Below, piece after piece: positions 18,921 to 28,792 of a stretch of DNA of 64,000 bases. The notes under the pieces were generated by a model. That model was not told the origin of the DNA. It made no database searches and saw nothing but the letters and a program-made list of their open reading frames with translations. The position numbers were made by a program, and so were the translations under genes. The DNA lies in contig OY762069.1 in the NCBI GenBank assembly GCA_963665095.1, positions 1,248,001 to 1,312,000 of the forward strand, given 5' to 3'. The first letter of the stretch is position 1, and each line of letters begins with the position of its first letter. This DNA comes from an uncultured Desulfobacter sp. Its GTDB lineage: Bacteria; Desulfobacterota; Desulfobacteria; Desulfobacterales; Desulfobacteraceae.

Positions 18921-19453
18921 AATTAACAGCTCTGGATTATACTTAAACGTTATGATTAAAATTAATTTTCGTGCCAAAGGTATTACCGCTTAAAAAATAG
19001 TTGAGACTTTACCCATGGGTATTTTCCCGCCCTTGAAAAATGTCACCAGGAGAAATAATTTTAAAAGACCCCTTGACACCACCCCAACAACCGACTGACA
19101 TCACCACAGAACGCCATCGCCAAGTAATTGAAAAGTTCAAGCAAAAAGACTTGGCACTTGAAATAAACGAACTGTTACTCGAAATAGAAAAAGGGGCATA
19201 TCATGGGCTACTTTTTATCAAGCCGGTAAAAACTGACGAAGGTATTCAATATAGCGCCATATCAGAGGTCACGCCCGTAAAATTATTCGTATGCAAAATT
19301 TGTGGTTATAGCGAAAGCTACCTGGTTGACCCTGAGCTTGAACAGCCCGGAGGCATTGATTAATTCGGAAAGGAGTCATATATTATGGGTGAGCTTATGC
19401 AATTACCATGCTCTATTCCTGAAAAATTTTCCTCAAGCGGAGGTGGAGGCAAT

Positions 19454-19672
19454 ATGGAAGCAAGAGTTGCAAAACTTGAATCGGATGTTGAGCATATCAA
19501 AACCGACGCATCCGATATTAAAACAGACATCCGGGATCTCGCAAAAGAATTGAGATCAGACATTCGGGATATGAGAAAAGACCACAGATCTGATTTCAGA
19601 ATCCTTATTGGCTTCCATATAACCACCTTGGTTTGCCTTATTGGATTGCTGGTTAAAATTTTCGGGAAATAA
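19454..19672 (+). CDS. Coiled-coil protein with C-terminal TM (DUF1640/XhlA-like)
   Basis: GGAGG RBS; MEARVAKLESDVEHIKTD...TM. Confidence 0.6.
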   Translation: MEARVAKLESDVEHIKTDASDIKTDIRDLAKELRSDIRDMRKDHRSDFRILIGFHITTLVCLIGLLVKIFGK

Positions 19673-19770
19673 ATAGTTCAACCCGTGGCGTGAAAAAAGC
19701 TCCGCAGCATTAAAATTGAAAAGACAATAATCCCCTTGCCACACCCCCGCCGCATAAAGACTGTTCACAC

Positions 19771-19799
19771 TTGACAAATACGTCTCCAGGGCGTATAAA
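19771..19799 (+). promoter_or_regulatory. Sigma70 promoter with internal operator, higBA
   Basis: TTGACA-17bp-TATAAA; palindrome ATACG..CGTAT; ATG 5 nt downstream. Confidence 0.7.
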
Positions 19800-19804
19800 A
19801 TACC

Positions 19805-20068
19805 ATGAACAAAATAATCCTGAATAAAAAAGCACAAAAGCAACTCAGAAAAGTACCAGCACACATCCAGGGTAAACTTCAGGGCTGGATTGAAGCAGTT
19901 GAAGCTTTCGGGATTGAAGAAATCAGGCTGATACCCGGATACCATGACGAACCTTTAAAAGGCCGGAGAACCGGGCAAAGATCTATACGGCTTTCAAAAG
20001 CCTACCGGGCGATATATATCGACAACACCATTATTGAAATCATAGAGGTGAATAAACATGACTACTGA
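19805..20068 (+). CDS. higB: RelE/HigB-family mRNA interferase toxin
   Basis: GYHDEPLKG.R.GQRSIRLSKAYRAIY; toxin-first gene order. Confidence 0.88.
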   Translation: MNKIILNKKAQKQLRKVPAHIQGKLQGWIEAVEAFGIEEIRLIPGYHDEPLKGRRTGQRSIRLSKAYRAIYIDNTIIEIIEVNKHDY

Positions 20069-20360
20069 AAAAACATATGGCCGGGAAGCGATGGAAAAAG
20101 AGTACGGCCCCTTGACCTTTGGCCGGGCGCTCTGGTCCCACCGGATGTGTGAAGAGATTCCCCAGAAAGAGTTTGCCAAACTTCTGGGCATCTCCCCGTC
20201 AAGTCTGTGTGATCTGGAAAAAGGCAGAAAGTTACCATCTGTCAACAGGGCTGTGAAAATTGCCGGGATATTAAATGAACCTGACAAGATATGGGTTCGC
20301 CTGGCTCTCCAGGACATGATCAGAGAAGCTGATTTGCAGTATGAAGTGTCTGTGGTTTAA
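20058..20360 (+). CDS. higA: XRE HTH antitoxin
   Basis: QKEFAKLLGISPSSLCDLEKGR. Confidence 0.85.
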   Translation: MTTEKTYGREAMEKEYGPLTFGRALWSHRMCEEIPQKEFAKLLGISPSSLCDLEKGRKLPSVNRAVKIAGILNEPDKIWVRLALQDMIREADLQYEVSVV

Positions 20361-20405
20361 ACAAACACTGCCAGGGAAACCCTGATCGTTATTAATTCTC
20401 ACCCC

Positions 20406-20434
20406 TTGAAAATGGTGGCATAAATTGCTACCAT
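20406..20434 (+). promoter_or_regulatory. Promoter/operator, hicAB
   Basis: TTGAAA-17bp-TACCAT overlapping imperfect palindrome ATGGTGGCA-TAAAT-TGCTACCAT. Confidence 0.65.
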
Positions 20435-20440
20435 ATACCA

Positions 20441-20695
20441 ATGAAATCAAAGCACAGAAAAACACTTGCCGCAATCTTTGCCGTACCGACCAGGGCAAAT
20501 ATTAAATTCAGTGACATTGAAGCCCTGATTATCGCTCTTGGTGGTGAAGTCCGGGAAGGGGCCGGATCTCGGGTAATGCTGGAACTGTCCGGCACACGGG
20601 AATATGCCCACCGGCCCCACCCGGGCAAGGAGGCAAAGCGTTATATAGTGGAGAGAATCCGCGAATGGTTGAAAAGCCTGGAGGTGACACCATGA
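20441..20695 (+). CDS. hicA: HicA-family toxin
   Basis: EGAGSRV...HRPHPGKE. Confidence 0.9.
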   Translation: MKSKHRKTLAAIFAVPTRANIKFSDIEALIIALGGEVREGAGSRVMLELSGTREYAHRPHPGKEAKRYIVERIREWLKSLEVTP

Positions 20696-21030
20696 ACAGC
20701 ATGACATACAAGGGATATTTTGCAAAAATCAACTTTGATGAACGGGATAACATCTTCTGGGGGAAGGTGCTTGGGGTGAAAGACAGTATCACCTTTGAGG
20801 GCGAAACCGTAACCGAACTAAAAGAAGATTTCCAAAACGCTATTGATCACTACCTGGTCATTTGTGAACAAGAGGGAATTGCCCCGGATAAACCTTATTC
20901 CGGCAAGCTGACATTGCGCCTGCCCCCTCAGACACACGCTGAAATTGCCCAGGCAGCAGCACAAAAAGGAACCAGCCTTAATAAGTGGGTGGCTGATACT
21001 CTGCACCGCGCCGTGGAAACATCAGCGTGA
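20692..21030 (+). CDS. hicB: HicB-family antitoxin with C-terminal RHH
   Basis: MTYKGY, F.G.TV.EL, KPYSGKLTLRL, SLNKW; ATGA overlap with hicA. Confidence 0.9.
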   Translation: MNSMTYKGYFAKINFDERDNIFWGKVLGVKDSITFEGETVTELKEDFQNAIDHYLVICEQEGIAPDKPYSGKLTLRLPPQTHAEIAQAAAQKGTSLNKWVADTLHRAVETSA

Positions 21031-21693
21031 CCCTGATCCCCCATGCGGTGGTCGAGGAATCGGTAAATAATTTTTTCTTGACACCACCCCAATAAGTATG
21101 CTTCCATAATCAGCATCTCACATGTCTCATCAAGCCCACCCACCAGGGAGGGCCTGAGATGCACAAATCAGCACCACCAATTTTAAGCAACGGAACCCGT
21201 ATAGGGTCTCGCTGCTTTTTTATTTTCCGCATCCCGCCAAATTTTTCTGCCGGCCATTGGTACCTCCTTCACGGGCTACCCGGAGCCCCGGAACCCAAGC
21301 TTTCCGTGCGGCCAATGGCTGTTTTCATTTCCGCTGGAGGGCGCCGGGTATTTTCTTCTTCAATTTCAATTTCAATCCAAAATACAAAAATTCAAGGAGG
21401 CATCATGAAAAAAGCAGTGCGTATTGATTACAGTAAATTCGGTCCAGTCGTGGTTTGTCATCTTACAGCCATTATGCTGAAAACCCAGCAGCGGGAAATC
21501 AATGATCAGGCTGCAGCCTGTGCAGCTTGGCTGCCGGCCGTATTCCCTTTACGGCCGGTGCGACTGGGAAGCCTTGACGCTTTTGTCAAAAGCGGGGTGA
21601 TCAGATGAAAATTATGGTTGAAGTCGTATTCTGGCTGACGTCCGCTGTGATCCTGGGATACCTGCTTGGGGACTTTGTTGAAAGGATACTGAA

Positions 21694-22101
21694 ATGATCT
21701 ATGTGATGGACTGCGGTTGCCGGAAAGCCCGCGATGAGCTTGTTTTTACACAGTATGGATTAAGGTGTCCGGACCATCGTGACGCCCGTATTGATCATAA
21801 AGAAGTCACCTGCGTGGACTGCGGCGCCATCATTGAACTTACGCCCAGGGCACAGCCGGCGTCCAGGTGCAAATTGTGTCAGAAAGAACACGTCCTCAAA
21901 CAGAACCGTGAGAACCGGCACAACAAGAAAAAGATGACTGCGGCTGAAAAAATGCGGCGCCGCAAAGCATCCGTTGATGCCTGGGACTGTATCCACAGAG
22001 ACGAATGCCTCAAGGTTGAGACAAGAGACGGGAAACTGCCTGGGTATCTGCCTTGTTACCAGTGTGAGCGGTACAAGTCGGCTTCGGAGGTGGCGGCATG
22101 A
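21694..22101 (+). CDS. Cys-rich phage hypothetical protein
   Basis: Multiple CxxC motifs. Confidence 0.6.
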   Translation: MIYVMDCGCRKARDELVFTQYGLRCPDHRDARIDHKEVTCVDCGAIIELTPRAQPASRCKLCQKEHVLKQNRENRHNKKKMTAAEKMRRRKASVDAWDCIHRDECLKVETRDGKLPGYLPCYQCERYKSASEVAA

Positions 22102-23752
22102 GCGAAGAATTACAAACCGCATACGAACAACTGAATGCAGCGGCCAGGGATGTCCTGGATCTGGCCGAACCGTATAGTGATGATGAATTCATCCTCCACG
22201 AAGATTGCTATAAGGACCTGGCCGCAGCGCACAAGGCTGTTTACCAGGCCATGAAGGCAGCAAGACATGCAGCTTGATTTGTTCGCCAATCCACACGAAG
22301 GAGTTGAACTGCCTTGGTTCCCGGGGTCGATGCCGCCTACAGATGGGCAGAAGATCCTGGAAGTATATGAGATGGAGGACGGCACCGCATCTGAGATTAT
22401 TCCATCAACTTATTATCAAAAATTTCATGATGCCGGGTTTTGCAGGCCTGTTTTGTGGTGGACGCCCATGCCGAAACACCCAACTAAAAAGTAAAAAAAA
22501 GGAGATAATAATGACCACTTCACCAGAAAGTTTATGCAACACTTCAGTCGAGGATGCCAAATCAAGCCTGTACCATTTTGGTGTTGGTGACCTGAAAATA
22601 GTACAGAAAGCATACCTGTATGAATGCGCCCACATGAACCGGTCTTCTATGAAAAAAATACTGTTGGCTAAACAGAGGCAACTCCTGAAGGAGAAGAAAC
22701 AGTGAAAAACAAACTGATTGATCTCAACAACCATCTTTTCGAGCAGCTGGAACGGCTGTTTGTCCGTGTGGATGTGCCATCCATTGACGGCAGGCCTGAG
22801 TTTACAAAACTGTATGGCCAGGGCGCTATTTATGGGATCACCTTCACGGATGAGGAAACGGCCACTGCAGCTGCACGGTCCTTTCATCCGAGGCCTATCA
22901 AGGCATGGGAGGCCCGGGACTTACTGGAAGAGCCAAAAGGCTTAAGGCAATCAGACATCCCAGATGACATGCCGTATTAAAAAGGAGGCAGACTCCTAAT
23001 GGATGATTTTAAAAAAGCAACTGCAAAAACAATAGGCCCAGGTGGGGTGAGATGCCGTTGTTGCAACCCGTTTAGGCAAGGAAAATGGATGAGAAAAAAG
23101 CCGGGGTTAAGCAAGCTGCGAAGATCCAGAATAAAACAACAAGTCAGAGATTTGATAAGGAAAGTACTATGATCGGAAAAGATGGTGACGTGAATGTCAT
23201 TGAATTTGGGACAGGGGATATCGAAGTGACATCCGGCTTTGCGGATGATCCTGAAATCAATGCCGGCGTGGTCTGTTTTGGCCAAAGTATTCCCGGTGAA
23301 ATTGGCCGGGATATGGAAATTCACGGGGATTATGGATGCAATCCAAAATCAGTTAACCCGCAAGAACATACACGACTAATTTTCAACAATACAAAATCTA
23401 TTGATATTGTCATTGAGCATTTGCTTAAAGCCAAAAAAATCATGCTGGAAGAATCAATTTAATGGGCTGTACTCCAGCCCGGGAGGAGAAAATAATGCCA
23501 GACCCATTTGCAACAGAACAACTTAAGAAAGACGCCCTATCGGGGTTATTCGACAACGCCACAGCCCCCATGGAAACCCTGGGCTTCATGAGGCCTGAAC
23601 CGTTTGTAGAGACAAAGCCTGAGCCCTATCAGAAAAAGGATGTAAAGATCAAGGAGCTAACGGAACGCGTAGATGCTCTGGAGCGGGAGCGTTGGGAACC
23701 AGTGCATTCAGAACAAAAAGCGTAATCTTTTGGATAGGAGTTTATTTTTACG

Positions 23753-24439
23753 ATGTTGAATAGACAAGGCCCAGGAAAAATAGACTGGACGGACTGGACC
23801 TGGAACCCGATATCCGGATGCAAGCACGGGTGCCCGTACTGCTATATGCTGCGGATGGAGAAGCGGTTTCCCGGGATCATGAAGCCGGCCTTTAAGCCGG
23901 AATACCTGGACCGGTTCCAGCAGGTCCGCAAGGTGAGATCCGGAGATAAAATATTTGTTGGTTCGTCCGGGGACATGTGGGGCGAATGGGTGCCCAAAGA
24001 ATGGATCCACATTTTCTTTTATAAAGCGGTTCGGAAACGCCCGGATGTGATCTTCCAATTTCTTACCAAAAACCCAGAACGGTATTGGGAATTCGATTTC
24101 AGGGAATACCAGAACTGCTGGTTCGGCACCACGGTGGATGGAACAAAGAGAACTGAGCTGAACATGTCCTGCCTGGTAAACGCCATTGACCGCCAGGGCC
24201 CCAAATTCATTTCCTTTGAGCCGCTTCTGGCTATGCCATCGATTGATATTGATGAATTCAAAGAACTTGACTGGATCATTATCGGTGCTGATTCCACCCC
24301 TGGCGCCGAGCTGCCTCATCTATCCCGTGCGGATGGACTAATCCAACTGGCCAGGGAGAATAATATCCCGGTCTGGGTTAAGGACAATTACAGATATTCG
24401 TATACTATAAAGGAGTTTCCCAAATGTGCGGTGGAATAG
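23753..24439 (+). CDS. DUF5131 / Gp37-Gp68 radical-SAM-like protein
   Basis: IDWTDWTWNPISGCKHGCPYCY, QFLTKNP, SFEPLL, WIIIG. Confidence 0.9.
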   Translation: MLNRQGPGKIDWTDWTWNPISGCKHGCPYCYMLRMEKRFPGIMKPAFKPEYLDRFQQVRKVRSGDKIFVGSSGDMWGEWVPKEWIHIFFYKAVRKRPDVIFQFLTKNPERYWEFDFREYQNCWFGTTVDGTKRTELNMSCLVNAIDRQGPKFISFEPLLAMPSIDIDEFKELDWIIIGADSTPGAELPHLSRADGLIQLARENNIPVWVKDNYRYSYTIKEFPKCAVE

Positions 24440-24638
24440 ATATCGGTTGTGGATATGATTTTAGTCCACCATGGATCGGTTGGAATCCGGGAGAAGGGGA
24501 CCGTCAATCATACACATATTGGATTGACAAAGACCTTTCGGTGTTCACTGATACGCCCCTGACAGATGAAGAACTAGAAGCCATGAAAAAAGCCCCGGAT
24601 TTGGTCCGGCGAATGCTCAAGTTGGAAGATATTTAACG

Positions 24639-25625
24639 ATGCTGGCCAACAACATCAAAATCAAAGATAACCGATCGACTTACCCTGGGGGGAAAGGCGG
24701 ATCCGGTGTTTATCAATCAATAATCAATTTGATTCCACCACATCGGGTTTACATCGAAACCCATTTAGGCGGTGGATCTATCATGAGACATAAACGGCCT
24801 GCCGTCCAAAATATAGGAATCGATCTTGATCCAGCAGTTATTAATGCTTGGGCGAATCTTCCGGAAGATATCATTAAAACTGCTGATGCCCCCAGGGGGG
24901 AAATCGGATCCAACATCACCAAAATGGAGGTGAGGCCCCGGGCAAAATCGACCAGGAACTCCAAAATCGATGATACTGGATCTGGTACCGCATCGACAGA
25001 ATTATCGAGCGGTGATGACAAGCAGTTTTTTACCTTCATTAATGATGATGCGAGCAGCTTTTTAAAAAGATATCGTTTTACAGGAAATGAATTTGTTTAT
25101 GTGGACCCTCCTTATCTTATGGAGACTCGAAAGGGCGGCAAGCTTTATAATTTTGAATACACCACTCAGGATCATGTTGATCTGTTGAATATCTTAAAAA
25201 CCCTGCCATGCATGGTCATGGTTTCAGGCTACTGGTCACCACTCTATTCGTCGATGTTGCCGGCATGGAATACCCACTCATTTGAAGCCCAAACCAGGCA
25301 AGGGCCAGCAACGGAGTGGTTGTGGTTTAATTACCCTGAACCTGAAGAACTTCATGACTATTCGTATCTTGGGGAGACCTTCCGGGAACGAGAACGAATT
25401 AAAAAGAAAAGAGATAGGTGGATTTTACGAATATTGAACACACCTGTGCTTGAAAGGAACGCCCTATTTAAAGAACTGTCTGCCAGCCTGCCAGCAGCAT
25501 CAACAAAAACAATGGTAAGGGCCTGCACCTGTGAAAATGACGGTGCTGCAGCATCATCTAAAAGAAGGATGGCACCAGGTGACACCGTTAAAAGTGGTGG
25601 GTGTGGATCCGGAACGACGGGCTAA
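24639..25625 (+). CDS. DNA adenine methyltransferase (D12/Dam-like) with low-complexity insertions
   Basis: YPGGK, YIETHLGGG SAM motif, VDPPY catalytic motif, MVSGY, EWLWFNY. Confidence 0.88.
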   Translation: MLANNIKIKDNRSTYPGGKGGSGVYQSIINLIPPHRVYIETHLGGGSIMRHKRPAVQNIGIDLDPAVINAWANLPEDIIKTADAPRGEIGSNITKMEVRPRAKSTRNSKIDDTGSGTASTELSSGDDKQFFTFINDDASSFLKRYRFTGNEFVYVDPPYLMETRKGGKLYNFEYTTQDHVDLLNILKTLPCMVMVSGYWSPLYSSMLPAWNTHSFEAQTRQGPATEWLWFNYPEPEELHDYSYLGETFRERERIKKKRDRWILRILNTPVLERNALFKELSASLPAASTKTMVRACTCENDGAAASSKRRMAPGDTVKSGGCGSGTTG

Positions 25626-25667
25626 AGAATAACGAATATCGGGCATTGAATGAAGAGAACCTAAGAC

Positions 25668-25973
25668 TTGACCGAAACCGATTTAAATAAGCTTGCGGAT
25701 TTAATAGCATTAAAGATGCTTGCAGCCGAGGAATGCCTTGACAAGGTACAGGCGTCCGCATATTCTAAAATCGGTCAAAAACGGCTTATCAAGTTGGCAA
25801 AAAATGGTTCCATTGATGGATATCCTGATCCAGAGAATAAAGGGCAGTGGGTATTCTTGAAAAGTTCTCTCAAACGATACCGGCAACGCCAGATAGAGCT
25901 ATACTCTGGCCTCCCCAATGACCAGGAACAGAAAGATGATGAAATAATCGCTAACATCTTGAAGGCAATATGA
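25668..25973 (+). CDS. Excisionase-like HTH protein
   Basis: QASAYSKIGQKRLIKLAKNGSI...GQWVF; ATGA-coupled to the integrase. Confidence 0.7.
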   Translation: MTETDLNKLADLIALKMLAAEECLDKVQASAYSKIGQKRLIKLAKNGSIDGYPDPENKGQWVFLKSSLKRYRQRQIELYSGLPNDQEQKDDEIIANILKAI

Positions 25974-27010
25974 AAAAACAAAAGGACGGCAATTTCAGGC
26001 TTTTTGGATATCTCATCTTCCAGCGACCGAACGGGTATTATTATATTGAGGTCAAGAGAGGAACTCACAAAACCCTCAGAACCAAAGACCGAAATGAAGC
26101 TGAAAGAATTGCCTTAAAGACCATCCAGGCCATTCTGGACAAGAAAGTCATTGATACCCGCAGGAAAAATGATCCCACCATTAAAGAGTACCTTGAAACA
26201 TATCTTGATACCAGATTGGATAAATCCCAGAAAACGCTCAACAATGACCGGACAGCCGTTAACATGTTCAGGATGGTGGTTGGTGAAAACAAACGGATGC
26301 GTGAGCTGACGGATGCCGATGGGCTTAATTTTAAAAAACACTATATTAATAAGAATGTCTCAAAAGTAACCATCCACACTTACTTTAAGCACCTGTCAGG
26401 ATTTTTTAAATTTGCAATAAACGATAAAGATCTTGATTTTAACAGGTCCCCTCTTCCGGCAAATGTCAAAAAGCCGAAACGGCTTCCAAAGGTCATCCCA
26501 GCCTATGACAGAAAAAAAATTCTAAAGCACCTCCAGAAAACCAACCTGGATCTTTGGCGTATCACAACCTTTGCCCTTTATACAGGCATGCGGCGGGCTG
26601 AGATACATGATCTGGAATGGCAACACTTCACACCGAAGAATGACCCCAAGAAACCAGAGATTGCCGGATCAATCCGGGTGATTGGAAAAGGAGACAAGGA
26701 AAGAAACGTCCCTCTCCTGAAACAGGCTGCTTTTGCCATGGGGGAAGAAGGCAAAGGAAGAATCTTTAAGCAGTGGCACCCGGACACCTACACCCACAAA
26801 TTTCATGATGCCGCAAAAGATATCGGGATAATAACAAATTTCCATCGGCTCCGGCACTCAGCTGCAACCCAAATGGTGGAAGATGGTTTAAGTCTGAAAG
26901 CCATCCAGCAAATTCTTGGGCATACTGATATTTCCACCACCATGATTTATACAGAATTGGTTGACCAGGCCCTTGAAAATGAGATCACAAAATTGAAGTT
27001 TAAGGCCTGA
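25970..27010 (+). CDS. int: Tyrosine integrase of prophage 1
   Basis: YTGMRRAE, GKGDKER, HRLRHS, LGH, Y. Confidence 0.95.
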   Translation: MKKQKDGNFRLFGYLIFQRPNGYYYIEVKRGTHKTLRTKDRNEAERIALKTIQAILDKKVIDTRRKNDPTIKEYLETYLDTRLDKSQKTLNNDRTAVNMFRMVVGENKRMRELTDADGLNFKKHYINKNVSKVTIHTYFKHLSGFFKFAINDKDLDFNRSPLPANVKKPKRLPKVIPAYDRKKILKHLQKTNLDLWRITTFALYTGMRRAEIHDLEWQHFTPKNDPKKPEIAGSIRVIGKGDKERNVPLLKQAAFAMGEEGKGRIFKQWHPDTYTHKFHDAAKDIGIITNFHRLRHSAATQMVEDGLSLKAIQQILGHTDISTTMIYTELVDQALENEITKLKFKA

Positions 27011-27045
27011 AAAATGAGCCGTGGAACACATGTGTGGAACGTTTT

Positions 27046-27069
27046 TTGTTGTAACTTTTGTTGTAACTC
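27046..27069 (+). repeat. Probable integrase arm-type sites
   Basis: TTGTTGTAACT tandem pair next to the att core. Confidence 0.5.
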
Positions 27070-27107
27070 GCCCGAAGAGCCGTATAAAATGGCCACTCGG
27101 CAAACTG

Positions 27108-27152
27108 CTCTTAATCAGTAGGTCCAAGGTTCGATCCCTTGATGGCCCACCA
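27108..27152 (+). tRNA. 3' half of tRNA-Lys(CTT), att duplication (not an intact tRNA)
   Basis: CTCTTAATCAG..GGTTCGATCCC..TGGCCCACCA; no D-arm or 5' acceptor strand upstream. Confidence 0.88.
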
Positions 27153-27160
27153 CCGAAAAT

Positions 27161-27197
27161 AAAGGTTCTTCACCGATAAGGTGACGGACCTTTTTTT
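27161..27197 (+). terminator. Intrinsic terminator downstream of the tRNA fragment
   Basis: AAAGGTTC-TTCACC..GGTGAC-GGACCTTTTTTT hairpin plus T run. Confidence 0.6.
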
Positions 27198-27470
27198 ATA
27201 ACTCTGAACTCCTGAAACTCATAACCATCGTTCACCCCGGCTGAAATCAAAAAAATATTAGAAAACTGGACTCAGGATATTTCCTGATACCATCAGACTC
27301 GTTACTCAAGATGTCAACTCGAAAACGAGGATAAACAAATGGCACATAATTGTGAAAAATATAAATTCCGGGCCCAATACGATAACGCTCCGAAATTTTT
27401 TTTTTTGGGGGGGGGGGGGGGGGCAATGTTGAAGATGGCATACTAGCTGGTGCCCTGGGTGGAAAAAATA

Positions 27471-27668
27471 CATGACATCGTTGCCTGATAAGGATCGAAC
27501 TCACATAGCAGTTCAGTATCAAATGCAAAAGTTTCAAAGGTAGGGGATCTATTTAGCATCCCCGCTTTTGATATCAATGCCCTATGCCCCACTTGGGATA
27601 CCGGGTCAAATTAACTCCCTAATTTAACTTAAGGGAACGCTAATATCAGGGCTTGGGGGCATGTCATG
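27471..27668 (+). ncRNA. Candidate structured ncRNA (6S-like architecture)
   Basis: Nested pairings CATGACAT/ATGTCATG, CCTGATA/TATCAGG, GTATC/GATAC, TCAAAGG/CTTTTGA, GGGGAT/ATCCCC. Confidence 0.4.
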
Positions 27669-27805
27669 TTTTTATTGTTTTTTAGATAGTTTTATTATAG
27701 AAATTTTCTACTGGCAGTGGCTTAAACCACGATACTTTTGTTTCTTCTTCAACTTAGGAAATTTACAGCTAATATTAAAAAGATTAAAATTCTGCCAAAC
27801 ATAAA

Positions 27806-28738
27806 ATGAAACCAATTTTTTATTTAATTCTTACTGGTCTGACGTTTCTGGTTGCGTTCCAGGTATATGCCCTTGTCCGGCCGGCATCTGAAAGACCTCA
27901 ACCAGATAAGCTGCTGAACGCTGCGCAAAATAATTCCCAGGAACAGCCCCCTGAGTTGAAGCAGCCCAAACCGGCCCGGTTGAAAAATTTAACGGCAAAT
28001 ATCATCCGACGCAATCTGTTTAATGTGCAGGTAGACAACAGCGCCCCTGACAAGCGCACTGCGCCCAAACCAGTGGACACTCAACCCCTTGAAAAGACAA
28101 ACCTTAAGTTGACCCTGTGGGGAACGGTGACAGGAAAAAATAAAGAAGACGGGTGGGCGGTCATAGAAGATCTTAATAATAAAAAACAGGATCTTTACCG
28201 GGTGAATGACAACATTCAGGGCGGTACCATCCGTACGATCTTAAGAAGCAGGGTCATTCTGACTGTCAACGGAAAGGACCAGATTCTTGAAGCCAGTACC
28301 GATTCTTTTGCGAACAAGCCGGGCCTCAGACGCCCTTCCCGATCAAAAAAGCGTAAACCTTCGGAACCGCCAAAGATTAAAAAACCTGAAAATGCCCAGG
28401 CCCTTATGGAAGAGATGAGTGAAGATGCGCCCCCACCCATTAAAGAGACATCCCAATTTAAAAGCCGGGCCTACTTTAAAGATGGCGAAGCAGCAGGCGT
28501 CATGATATACGGGATAAGGGGGGACTCTGGGGCAAAAGAGCTGGGTCTTAGAAACGGTGACGTTGTTCAGTCCGTTGATGATGTTGAGATAAAAAGCATA
28601 GATGATTTTGAAGCGGTTGCTGAAAGTATTGACGGTGACTCAGATATAACATTAAGTGTCCTTAGACGGGGAAAGCCAAAAGAGATTGTATATAATGCAG
28701 AGGATAAGACCTATGCCATCAATGATGTTGAAGAATAG
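27806..28738 (+). CDS. gspC: Type II secretion GspC-like protein with PDZ domain
   Basis: N-terminal TM, RRNLF, LKLTLWGTV, LGLRNGDVVQSV PDZ motif. Confidence 0.8.
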   Translation: MKPIFYLILTGLTFLVAFQVYALVRPASERPQPDKLLNAAQNNSQEQPPELKQPKPARLKNLTANIIRRNLFNVQVDNSAPDKRTAPKPVDTQPLEKTNLKLTLWGTVTGKNKEDGWAVIEDLNNKKQDLYRVNDNIQGGTIRTILRSRVILTVNGKDQILEASTDSFANKPGLRRPSRSKKRKPSEPPKIKKPENAQALMEEMSEDAPPPIKETSQFKSRAYFKDGEAAGVMIYGIRGDSGAKELGLRNGDVVQSVDDVEIKSIDDFEAVAESIDGDSDITLSVLRRGKPKEIVYNAEDKTYAINDVEE

Positions 28739-28792
28739 CCCTTCAACCCATTGTGTTCACGGCACAGGTTATGGCACATATTTTAACGCCGG

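Larger units (their letters stand above)
1..27152. mobile_element. Prophage 1 (right part; left end outside window), integrated at tRNA-Lys(CTT)
   Basis: Terminase, replication, recombination, cro/cI and xis/int modules in phage order, ending at a tRNA 3' fragment. Confidence 0.92.

Noticed and set aside
27108..27152. Intact tRNA-Lys gene
   Set aside because: Only anticodon loop to CCA is present; interpreted as an att duplication.
27247..27537. 96-aa ORF with poly-Pro/poly-Lys
   Set aside because: Product of the G17/T11 homopolymer; no RBS or domain signal.
27471..27668. Retron msr-msd or DGR template
   Set aside because: No reverse transcriptase in the window.
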